Origin: Salinivirgaceae bacterium | GTDB taxonomy: Bacteria; Bacteroidota; Bacteroidia; Bacteroidales; SZUA-534 | Length of the DNA: 64,000 bases | Direction: 5' to 3' | NCBI GenBank assembly: GCA_017645945.1 | Contig: JAGCNL010000031.1 | Location: forward strand, 140,615 to 204,614 | Notes under the pieces: generated by a model | What the model saw: only the letters and a program-made list of their open reading frames with translations | Databases searched by the model: none | Told to the model about the DNA's origin: nothing | Program-made: the position numbers and the translations under genes | Shown: positions 1 through 7,187 of the stretch, piece after piece | Layout of the letters: every line of letters begins with the position of its first letter | Position numbering within the stretch: the stretch's first letter is position 1

Positions 1-1701
1 AATGCGGAAATAGTCAATGCAGCCCATTTTGCCCATCGTCTTGCCGAAAATGCTGCCGTGGTCGAAGCCGCACCACAGGCAATGCCCACCGCGCCACTCA
101 AGGCCTTTGTAGCCGTCGTTCACCAGCAAATCGGCCCAGCCAGCGTCGTAAACGCCAGGGCGAGTGGACGTTGTGCTACTGTATTCCGAAACCAGCGACG
201 GCACGCCAGGGCGGATAAACGCAGGAATGGTTGCGCCATCGCCGTTGTAGCCCACAGCGTCGCCAATCAGGTCGAAGCGGTCGTTGCCCAGCGGACGTTG
301 CGCGCCGCCAATGGCCGCGTAGCGTGTCGGGTCGAGTTCGTGGCTGCGGTCAACCATCTTTTTCAGAAGTTTCTTGGTGCTTTCAATTGTCTGTCGTTGA
401 GTGAAAAACACCTCGTTGCACATCGACCACGCAAACACCGACGGTTGGTTGCGGTTAATGATAATCATCTCTGAAAGTTGCTGCAGAATGCTGCGCTCAA
501 AGGCCGCCGTGTCGGCATCGTTCACAGGATAGGCACTTGCGTACCAGTAGCCATCTTGCTGATTTCCACCAGTTCCCCAGAACGGTGCTTCCGACCAGAA
601 CAGAATTCCCTGCCGCGAGCATTCGTCGGCAAAGGCGGGCGAGTGCGGATAGTGCGACCCGCGAATCATATTGAAACCAGCCTCTTTAATCATCCGCACG
701 TCGCGGCGGACGGCCTCTTCGGTAATGGCGTCGCCCCAACCTGCGTGGTCTTGGTGCACGTTAGCACCCTGTAAATAAAGGTGTTGGCCGTTCAGGAAAA
801 AGCCTTTGTCAGCGGTCCATTCAATCCAGCGGAATCCCAAAACCGACGACTGCGAGTCAATCACCTCACCACTGTCAACAATCTGACATTCAGCCGTATA
901 AAGCGTTGGCGTGTCAACCGACCAAAGCATTGGGTTGACAATTTCCGCTGTCGCGATATTGGCGGTTAAGCGCTCGCCAGCCTTCATTTTAAGTTCTTTA
1001 TCGCTTTGCGCGACGATTGCGCCTTTGCTGTCCTTGACAATCAGTTTCAAAGTGGCCGTCTTGTCGGCATTTGCCTGATTTTCAATAGTTACATCAGCGT
1101 TGACTGCAGCCTGTTTGCCATCCGATTCCTTCAGACCAGGCGTTGTCAGTTGCAGGCCGCACCACGCAATGTGTGTGGGATTTTTCTTCATCAGCCTGAC
1201 GGTGCGGTAAATGCCGCCGTTGAATTGGTGCTCGCCAGCGCGCGGTGCCACATCGGCCTTCCATAAGTTGTTGACTCTTACTGCGATAACATTGTCGCCA
1301 CGTTTTGCATTTTTGCTGATATCAACCGAAAAACCAGTGTAACCACCTACGTGTGAGCCTGTTAGCTTGCCGTTGACATACACTTCGGCATCCTGAAAAA
1401 CGCCGTCAAACTCAAGAAAAATATTGTTTTTCAAGTCGTTGGCATCAAGATTGATATGCTTGCGATACCAGCCGTAGCCCACATAAAAATCGCGTGCCAT
1501 AAAATATGGCATTCCGAACGAGTGCGGCAGCCCGATTTTCTGCCAGTCAGAATCGTTAAAGTTCGGTTTTTCAGCACCTTGAATATCGCCGAACGTAAAA
1601 GTCCAGCCGTTGTTCAGTGTTCCTGCAGGTGTGACAGATTTGTCTGCGCACGACGCAAATATCAGTGCCACAAATAGTTGTAGTAGAATTGCCCGTTTCA
1701 T
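1..1701 (-). CDS. Glycoside hydrolase family 2 (beta-galactosidase-like); N-terminal ~567 codons only, C-terminus lies beyond the window start
   Basis: Absent from the ORF track because it runs off the window. My minus-strand translation from ATG 1701-1699 gives MKRAILLQLFVALIFASCAD (lipoprotein-type signal), NGWTFTFGD, DSDWQKIGLPHSF, GGYTGFSVDIS and AWSMCNEVFF (GH2 acid/base NE context). The frame stays open to base 1. Plus-strand ORFs at 58-1677 are antisense shadows. Confidence 0.8.
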   Translation of the reverse strand, partial: MKRAILLQLFVALIFASCADKSVTPAGTLNNGWTFTFGDIQGAEKPNFNDSDWQKIGLPHSFGMPYFMARDFYVGYGWYRKHINLDANDLKNNIFLEFDGVFQDAEVYVNGKLTGSHVGGYTGFSVDISKNAKRGDNVIAVRVNNLWKADVAPRAGEHQFNGGIYRTVRLMKKNPTHIAWCGLQLTTPGLKESDGKQAAVNADVTIENQANADKTATLKLIVKDSKGAIVAQSDKELKMKAGERLTANIATAEIVNPMLWSVDTPTLYTAECQIVDSGEVIDSQSSVLGFRWIEWTADKGFFLNGQHLYLQGANVHQDHAGWGDAITEEAVRRDVRMIKEAGFNMIRGSHYPHSPAFADECSRQGILFWSEAPFWGTGGNQQDGYWYASAYPVNDADTAAFERSILQQLSEMIIINRNQPSVFAWSMCNEVFFTQRQTIESTKKLLKKMVDRSHELDPTRYAAIGGAQRPLGNDRFDLIGDAVGYNGDGATIPAFIRPGVPSLVSEYSSTTSTRPGVYDAGWADLLVNDGYKGLEWRGGHCLWCGFDHGSIFGKTMGKMGCIDYFRI

Positions 1702-2006
1702 TGTTTAGAGTTGTTTAGTAGTTATTTAAGTGTTTCCCATTTTTCTTTCCGCAGAATTGCATCGTCTATGCGGCATAAAAGTATAAAAGTATTTTATACT
1801 TTTAAAAATATTGGGGAAATATTGGTGGGTGCTTTTGGCAAAAACAATGTATTCGACAAATGTTTGCCGCGAAAAGTGCTGAAATGAGAAATAATTTTTG
1901 CGTTTGAGCACTTTATAAGTACGAAAACTGCTGAAACGAGATTTTTTAATGGCGTTTCAGCAGTTTATAAGGTCAAGTTTTGTGATTGTGAATTGATTAT
2001 AAACAC

Positions 2007-2035
2007 GTAGGGCTGCCACAGTGTGACAGCCCTAC
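2007..2035 (-). terminator. Hairpin downstream of the 579-aa gene
   Basis: 9-bp stem GTAGGGCTG/CAGCCCTAC (2007-2015 / 2027-2035) with an inner CACA/TGTG, 23 nt past the stop at 2058. The minus strand continues GUGUUUAU. A second 13-bp hairpin (AACTGCTGAAACG/CGTTTCAGCAGTT) sits at 1926-1965. Confidence 0.45.
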
Positions 2036-2057
2036 AATATTTATATGGTATACACAA

Positions 2058-3797
2058 TTATTGCCTGAAAATGCCTTGCTCATAAAGTTGTTGCGTAACC
2101 TTTGGTGATAATAGATATACGTCTTCCTTATTTATTATAAGAATGGTATTCCAATCAGTTGCATCGCCAATATATAATATCATATTGTCATCACCAGTGC
2201 AACGTATTTCAGGTAGTCGATAACCCGCATTAGGCTTATAAACACCTTCGTATGGTTCTCCGTTAGAGTTTGTTAGAGTATATTTTGTAAAGTTGCCTTG
2301 TATTTGTTCTTTTTTTGGCGTATAAAAAATGACTTTACTACCCTCGATTGAGATTTTCTTAATTACAGGCTTATTTTTATATTCATTAAAAACATTTGAT
2401 AGAAATTGTGTTGTCTCTTCTTCTGCAATCACTTTACCACGTTTTTGGGATAAATCTTTTTCGGCAACATTAAGCATTGTCTGTATGCGGTTTAATTTTG
2501 CTTCGTATTTCCTTAATTCTGCATAAGAATAACTTGACAACAAATCACCACGAAGAGTAATGTCTATATTTTCATAATACGTGAAATCGTTGTCTTCATC
2601 TTCAGAGTCTGGTTCATAATCCATAAACCAGCTTTCAAAGTCACTATACCCATAGTCATCTTTAAGTTTATTAATTCTTCTTTTTATAACTTCTCTATTG
2701 TCGTTTAGTTTGTTATAATAGGTTTTTCGATTGGCATTATATTCCTCACTTGTAAAACAGTGATTTTTCAGTTCATCGCTGATTTCACCATAGCCAAATT
2801 TTATGTCTTTGAAGCATATACGCAATGGTGCAGTTTTAGCCGTTGTTGTGAATTTGGTTTTAAAATAACCAGTTGTTCTACCTTCATATTCTGATTCCAC
2901 TGGAACAATCCATTTGCCATCAACACAAACTTTAGTTACGGTTCCCATCTCATAGTCCTGTGCTCTGTCTATGGGTACAGAACTCACAAGAGAAACTTGA
3001 CCTTTGTATGAATCATCACCATAAATAATTGTAGCAATATATTGTTCTTCGTCTGGGTCATAGTGTGTATTAACAACTTTTTTTGCTGGCGACCCAAAAC
3101 AAATTCCTTTAGCAATTAGTGCGTTACATATGCTATCAAACTTTGCTATACCTTGTGTGTTCAGGCGATTTTGATAATCTATGGTCTTTTCATAGGTTCC
3201 TCGCTTGGCCCATTTTTCGAAATCTTTTCTTACAAGTTGAATCATTTTGTCAATGGTTCCGCCAGTAGGTTTGATTTTGTATTCTCTGGCAATATCCGCT
3301 TGTGTGCGCGTTTTATCAAGTGCATTGCGCTTTTCTTTCCACGAGTTATATATGTCTATTAACGCTCGCCTATAGGAATAATTTTGAATAATATCATAGC
3401 CATAAAAGGTGGTTGAACCTGTACCTGCGGCTTCTATTAGTTCCTCTACATAATACAATTCTCCCAATTTGCCTTCAATATCATTGTTTGTTATTAGTTT
3501 AATTCCAACTAAAGCGAGAAATGCTTCTTTTTCATCACCTAATTTATTCGCCATTTGGTCAATGGTCTCTTCTGCTAATTTGTACCGTTTTTGTTCATAA
3601 GGGGATAGTTGTTGTGCAGAAGCGGATAGTGTCATACTCAAAAACACGCAGCATATGGCTATGGTTTTGGTAAAATTTCTAAACATATAGGCTGTTTTGT
3701 TGCCCGTAGTTTCTGTGGTTAATCGATAACGTGTCATAATGCTATAAATTAAATTGTTAAACAATAAAATACTTCCAACAATCTCACATTTAGGCAT
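2058..3797 (-). CDS. Hypothetical secreted protein (orphan, AT-rich)
   Basis: 579-aa track ORF. The likely real start is ATG 3686-3684 (MFRNFTKTIAICCVFLSMTLSASAQQ, a signal peptide), because the first ATG at 3797 abuts the U-tract of the upstream terminator. I recognise no family. Visibly more AT-rich than the flanking GH genes. Confidence 0.7.
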   Translation of the reverse strand: MPKCEIVGSILLFNNLIYSIMTRYRLTTETTGNKTAYMFRNFTKTIAICCVFLSMTLSASAQQLSPYEQKRYKLAEETIDQMANKLGDEKEAFLALVGIKLITNNDIEGKLGELYYVEELIEAAGTGSTTFYGYDIIQNYSYRRALIDIYNSWKEKRNALDKTRTQADIAREYKIKPTGGTIDKMIQLVRKDFEKWAKRGTYEKTIDYQNRLNTQGIAKFDSICNALIAKGICFGSPAKKVVNTHYDPDEEQYIATIIYGDDSYKGQVSLVSSVPIDRAQDYEMGTVTKVCVDGKWIVPVESEYEGRTTGYFKTKFTTTAKTAPLRICFKDIKFGYGEISDELKNHCFTSEEYNANRKTYYNKLNDNREVIKRRINKLKDDYGYSDFESWFMDYEPDSEDEDNDFTYYENIDITLRGDLLSSYSYAELRKYEAKLNRIQTMLNVAEKDLSQKRGKVIAEEETTQFLSNVFNEYKNKPVIKKISIEGSKVIFYTPKKEQIQGNFTKYTLTNSNGEPYEGVYKPNAGYRLPEIRCTGDDNMILYIGDATDWNTILIINKEDVYLLSPKVTQQLYEQGIFRQ

Positions 3798-3833
3798 AAA
3801 AAAAGCGTGAAACCCGAATTACCCGTTTCACGC
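3798..3833 (-). terminator. Rho-independent terminator
   Basis: On the minus strand: 9-bp stem GCGTGAAAC/GUUUCACGC (plus coords 3825-3833 / 3805-3813), 11-nt loop, then seven U (3804-3798). Confidence 0.7.
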
Positions 3834-4050
3834 ATTGAGGCTCTCGCATTGCCCGATTAGTCGAAACGAGCAATAACGAACCTCACGCCGTTATGATATA
3901 AATACACCACAACACGTAAGCATTCATTATTGCTTTGCATTTGACTAATCAATAGAAACTTGCGAGATTTCAATGCGTCAAAACAAAGCGCAATAAACGC
4001 TTTCAATATGTCTCTCTACAATTCAGTCTCTTGCAAGACAAGAATGCAGA
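3798..4050 (-). ncRNA. Candidate ~250-nt structured RNA (stand-alone sRNA, or attenuator-type leader of the 579-aa gene)
   Basis: Bounded by a TACATTTG promoter motif (4064-4057) and the terminator at 3833-3798. Only a 27-codon ORF lies inside. Nested complementary segments form a ~145-nt imperfect rod:
- 3970-3976 / 3832-3838
- 3961-3966 / 3843-3848
- 3943-3950 / 3855-3862
- 3927-3934 / 3869-3876
- 3915-3920 / 3882-3887
The last helix has one position that is a G-U wobble on the minus strand and a C-A mismatch on the plus strand. Small hairpins also lie at 3985-4003 and 4029-4038. Confidence 0.45.
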
Positions 4051-4300
4051 ACAACACAAATGTATAAAAGTCAATTTGAAAAAAGAAAATGTTTTTGAAT
4101 GTGCGTTATGAAGCACCGTATTGCCACTATTTCACAGCGTTGAGCACGGTTTCGGGCTGCGTTCCCATAAGTGTGATTGCAGAGAGTTTACGGCCAATGT
4201 CTTTTAGCGAGTGGCCGCAGTGGTAAAGGTTGTTATCGACAATGAGCCAGCGGTCGTGCGACGGGGTGGGCCAAATGTGAGTGTCAATCGGCTCAACGCC
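4047..4300 (-). repeat. Direct repeat: near-identical copy of 6171-6424 (gene 3' end + intergenic + promoter cassette)
   Basis: Constant offset of 2124 nt with no indels. I count 5 substitutions by eye over 254 nt. A third, more diverged copy lies at about 5210-5475. Confidence 0.85.
4057..4064 (-). promoter_or_regulatory. Bacteroidetes -7 promoter motif TACATTTG (TAnnTTTG)
   Basis: The plus strand reads CAAATGTA. It is an exact copy of the motif upstream of the three array genes (5220, 6181, 7117). Here no ORF follows it directly, only the structured RNA candidate. Confidence 0.5.
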
Positions 4301-4313
4301 AGCGGCAGAGTTA
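4127..4313 (-). pseudogene. Orphan 3' fragment (~61 codons + stop) of a RhuM/PLD-like-tail paralogue
   Basis: Matches the last ~61 codons of the 6251-7078 gene, including HDRWLIVDNNLYHCGHSLKDIGRK. Its last ~13 nt (4301-4313) match the 5290-6141 copy instead. No N-terminal part or start codon. It begins 21 nt after the stop of the 4335-5198 gene. Confidence 0.75.
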
Positions 4314-4334
4314 GAGAATCATTTCAATTGCGGT

Positions 4335-5198
4335 TTACAATCTCGCCATAATATCGGCAATGAAACTAGAATCGAACAAATCGAAGGCGAAACAGCGCTT
4401 GCCCAAATCTTTAAGCGAAGCGCCAATGTGGTAGAGTGTTTGGTTGTCGATAATCAGAAATCGGTCGTGCATTGCGGTGGTGTGCTTCACTTCGAGTAGC
4501 GGATATTGCGCATTAAAACGCAGAACATCTTGTGTCGTAATAGGCGTTTGCGGAATGGTGTAAATGGTTACCTGCACGCCAGCGTTCTTTTTTGCGAAAC
4601 GTTCAAGAACCGAAAGGTCAATATAATTATCAATCAAAACAATAGACTGTCGTGCTTGTGCAATGAAACTTTCAAATTTCGCGTAAGCGTCGAAAATCTG
4701 CCCTTGAAAAAATATGCCTTGAGTGTCGTCAATCGCATAGCGGTCCATTCGGTCGAAAAGTTCATTAATGCGTTTATCGGATTCAATTCGGTGCATTTCG
4801 AGTGAATCGAGCCGCTGGAAAATCTGGGCGTTGGATAAAAGGAACTTACGCATTGATACAAAAGCCTTTACTATTTGAATACTTGCTTTGACGGCAGTTT
4901 CACTTTTTAAAACAGTGGCAAGCATTGTTACTCCGTGCTCTGTAAACGCGTATGGCTTTTTGCGAAGTCCCATTTTGTCCGAATTGGAAGTCGCAATTTG
5001 CGACTTCCAATTGTGGAATTCGCTGTCGTTCAGTTGAAAACAAAATTCATCTGGAAACCTCTCTATATTTCGCTTCACTTGTTCGTTTAAGCGTTTCGTC
5101 TCCACGCCATACAACTCTGCAATGTCGCGGTCAATCATAACCTGTTGGTTACGAATCACTAATATTTTGTTTTGTATGACTGCTATTTCGTTTGTCAT
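4335..5198 (-). CDS. ORF6N/KilA-N-type DNA-binding domain protein with C-terminal single PLD(HKD)-like domain
   Basis: The track ORF (to 5237) starts at TTG and overlaps the promoter motif, so I use ATG 5198-5196. The head MTNEIAVIQNKILVIRNQQVMIDRDIAELYGVETKRLNEQVKRNIERFPDEFCFQL...KPYAFTEHGVTMLATVLKS fits ORF6N as I recall it. The tail ARQSIVLIDNYID...MHDRFLIIDNQTLYHIGASLKDLGKR fits an HKD-like pattern. Confidence 0.75.
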   Translation of the reverse strand: MTNEIAVIQNKILVIRNQQVMIDRDIAELYGVETKRLNEQVKRNIERFPDEFCFQLNDSEFHNWKSQIATSNSDKMGLRKKPYAFTEHGVTMLATVLKSETAVKASIQIVKAFVSMRKFLLSNAQIFQRLDSLEMHRIESDKRINELFDRMDRYAIDDTQGIFFQGQIFDAYAKFESFIAQARQSIVLIDNYIDLSVLERFAKKNAGVQVTIYTIPQTPITTQDVLRFNAQYPLLEVKHTTAMHDRFLIIDNQTLYHIGASLKDLGKRCFAFDLFDSSFIADIMARL

Positions 5199-5219
5199 TG
5201 GTTTAAACACAAAGCAAGA

Positions 5220-5227
5220 CAAATGTA
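5220..5227 (-). promoter_or_regulatory. -7 promoter motif TACATTTG
   Basis: CAAATGTA on the plus strand, 22 nt upstream of ATG 5198. Confidence 0.5.
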
Positions 5228-5289
5228 TAAAAATCAAGTTGGAAAAGGAAAACGTTTTTGAATGTGCCGCACGAAAGCCCCGCCTGCCA

Positions 5290-6141
5290 CTATCTTACAG
5301 CGTTAAGCACCGTTTCGGACAATGTCCCCATAAGGGTTATGGCAGAGAGTTTGCGGCCAATGTCTTTAAGCGAGTGGCCGCAGTGGTATAGGTTGTTATC
5401 GACAATGAGCCAGCGGTCGTGTGAAGGGGCGGTCCAAATGTGCGTGTCAATCGGCTCAACGCCAGCGGCAGAGTTGTGGATATTGCGCAGCGCGGTCAGG
5501 TCTTTGCCAGAATAAATGTCGGCGGAAACGCCAGAGCCGCGCACATCGAGTATTTCAAATGTTGCGGCATCAACATACGCATCGATTATGACAACTCGCT
5601 GTGTGGCGCTTTTTATGAGCCGCTCAAGCAGAACCCGCGCCTCGAAAAACTGCCCGTCGAAAAACACCTGTTCAACGGGCAGAGCGTTGGTTCGCACAAA
5701 GAAATCGATTTTTTGTTGGTGGTCGGCAAGTATTTTCCGCTGTGTTTCGATTTGATTTTCAATATTTGCAAGTCGGCTATTTAAAGCGTACCCTCTTAAA
5801 AGATAGTCTTTTAAAATGCTTGTTGCCCATATTCTGAATTGTGTGCCTCTTTGGCTTTTGACACGATAACCTACAGAAATAATAACGTCGAGATTGTAGT
5901 ATTGGGTTCGGTATTTTTTCCCGTCTGCGGCAGTTGTCAAGTAATCCTTGACAACTGAATTTTTATCTAATTCCCTCTCTTTAAATATGTTATTAATATG
6001 AAGGCTGACATTTTGTTTGGTAGTCTCAAAAAGTACGGTCATTTGCTGTTGCGTGAGCCACACAGTTTCCTCGCTTAACCGCACTTCGAGTTTTACGGCT
6101 TCGTCAGGTTGGTAAAGTATGATTTCGTTTCTATCGGTCAT
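5290..6141 (-). CDS. RhuM-family DNA-binding domain protein with C-terminal single PLD(HKD)-like domain
   Basis: The track ORF (to 6240) starts at GTG and covers the promoter motif, so I use ATG 6141-6139 (MTDRNEIILYQPDEAVKLEVRL). YYNLDVIISVGYRVKSQRGTQFRIWATSILKDYLLRGY is the RhuM signature as I recall it. The tail reads ATQRVVIIDAYVD...SHDRWLIVDNNLYHCGHSLKDIGRK (His codon at 5419-5421). Confidence 0.75.
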   Translation of the reverse strand: MTDRNEIILYQPDEAVKLEVRLSEETVWLTQQQMTVLFETTKQNVSLHINNIFKERELDKNSVVKDYLTTAADGKKYRTQYYNLDVIISVGYRVKSQRGTQFRIWATSILKDYLLRGYALNSRLANIENQIETQRKILADHQQKIDFFVRTNALPVEQVFFDGQFFEARVLLERLIKSATQRVVIIDAYVDAATFEILDVRGSGVSADIYSGKDLTALRNIHNSAAGVEPIDTHIWTAPSHDRWLIVDNNLYHCGHSLKDIGRKLSAITLMGTLSETVLNAVR

Positions 6142-6180
6142 AAAATCTTGCCCGTCAATGATATTTTGCGCAGAGCAACA

Positions 6181-6188
6181 CAAATGTA
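6181..6188 (-). promoter_or_regulatory. -7 promoter motif TACATTTG
   Basis: CAAATGTA on the plus strand, 40 nt upstream of ATG 6141. Confidence 0.5.
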
Positions 6189-6250
6189 TAAAAGTCAATT
6201 TGAAAAAAGAAAATGTTTTTGAATGTGCGTTATGAAGCACCGTATTGCCA

Positions 6251-7078
6251 CTATTTCACAGCGTTGAGCACGGTTTCGGGCTGCGTTCCCATAAGAGTGA
6301 TTGCAGAAAGTTTACGGCCAATGTCTTTTAGCGAGTGCCCGCAGTGGTAAAGGTTGTTATCGACAATGAGCCAGCGGTCGTGCGACGGGGTGGTCCAAAT
6401 GTGAGTGTTAATCGGCTCAACGCCTGCTGTACTATTGTGGATATTGCGCAGTGCGGCAAGGTCTTTGCCTGAATAAATGTCGGCAGTAACGCCAACGCTG
6501 CGCACATCGAGCATTTCAAACGTTGCGGCATCAACATACGCATCGATTATGACAACTCGCTGCGTGGCGGTTTTTATGAGCCGCTCAAGCAGAACCCGCG
6601 CCTCAAAAAACTGTCCGTCGAAAAACACTTGTTCAACGGGCAAGGCGTTGGTGCGCACAAAGAAGTCGATTTTGTTTTCGGCATCAGTCATTCGCTGTTC
6701 AAGCCTTTCAAAACGCTGATTAACAGCATATCCTTTAAGCAAATAATCTTTCAGAACACGGTTTGCCCATTGGCGAAACAAAATTCCTTTTTGCGACTTT
6801 ACTCTGTATCCGACAGACAAAATCATATCGAGATTATAATACTCAACTTTGTATGTTTTACCATCGTTGGCAGTTGTCGCAAATTTTGCGACAACTTGAA
6901 AAGCCGACAATTCTTCTGCAAGAGCATTGGCGATATGCTTTCCTATGGTTTTCACATCACGTCCAAATAATGTGGCCATTTGATTTCTATTAAGCCACAC
7001 CGTTTCCTCGCTCAACCGTACTTCAAGTTTTACGGCTTCGTCGGGTTGGTATAGTATGATTTCGTTTTTGTCGGTCAT
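6251..7078 (-). CDS. RhuM-family DNA-binding domain protein with C-terminal single PLD(HKD)-like domain
   Basis: The track ORF extends to 7168, but that extension covers the promoter motif and the GH97 terminator, so I use ATG 7078-7076 (MTDKNEIILYQ). YYNLDMILSVGYRVKSQKGILFRQWANRVLKDYLLKGY places it in RhuM. The C-terminal half is near-identical to the 5290-6141 gene. Confidence 0.75.
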   Translation of the reverse strand: MTDKNEIILYQPDEAVKLEVRLSEETVWLNRNQMATLFGRDVKTIGKHIANALAEELSAFQVVAKFATTANDGKTYKVEYYNLDMILSVGYRVKSQKGILFRQWANRVLKDYLLKGYAVNQRFERLEQRMTDAENKIDFFVRTNALPVEQVFFDGQFFEARVLLERLIKTATQRVVIIDAYVDAATFEMLDVRSVGVTADIYSGKDLAALRNIHNSTAGVEPINTHIWTTPSHDRWLIVDNNLYHCGHSLKDIGRKLSAITLMGTQPETVLNAVK

Positions 7079-7116
7079 AATGCTTGCTTGGCAAAGTGTT
7101 CTTGTACAGAGCAATA

Positions 7117-7124
7117 CAAATGTA
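7117..7124 (-). promoter_or_regulatory. -7 promoter motif TACATTTG
   Basis: CAAATGTA on the plus strand, 39 nt upstream of ATG 7078 and directly downstream of the GH97 terminator. Confidence 0.5.
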
Positions 7125-7125
7125 T

Positions 7126-7164
7126 AAAAAAAACGAACCCGTGAGTGGCACTCACGAGTTCGTT
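7126..7164 (-). terminator. Rho-independent terminator of the GH97 gene
   Basis: 15-bp stem with one mismatch (7132-7146 / 7150-7164), 3-nt loop, then a run of eight U on the minus strand (plus-strand A-run 7126-7133). Confidence 0.75.
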
Positions 7165-7187
7165 TCAATCAAATATGCGTTTCCAAA

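Noticed and set aside
58-1677. Five plus-strand track ORFs at the left edge (58-474, 478-774, 781-969, 1006-1266, 1456-1677).
   Set aside because: They are antisense shadows of one continuous minus-strand GH2 gene. That gene is missing from the track only because it runs off the window.
3832-3976. Calling the rod-like RNA a 6S RNA, or a MITE/IS terminal-repeat relic.
   Set aside because: 6S RNA closes its rod with its own 5' and 3' ends and has a central bubble. Here about 75 nt precede the rod and a separate terminator follows it. I saw no second copy or target-site duplication to support a MITE. I kept it only as an unclassified RNA candidate.
4281-4499. Plus-strand 72-aa ORF across the orphan fragment and the gene end.
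   Set aside because: It is antisense to the recognisable paralogue fragment and to the 3' end of the 4335-5198 gene. It starts at GTG.
7079-7168. N-terminal extensions of the three array genes as listed in the track (to 7168, 6240 and 5237).
   Set aside because: The extensions cover the TACATTTG promoter motifs, and at 7126-7164 a strong terminator. Two start at non-ATG codons. All three proteins align from the internal MT(D/N)... start.
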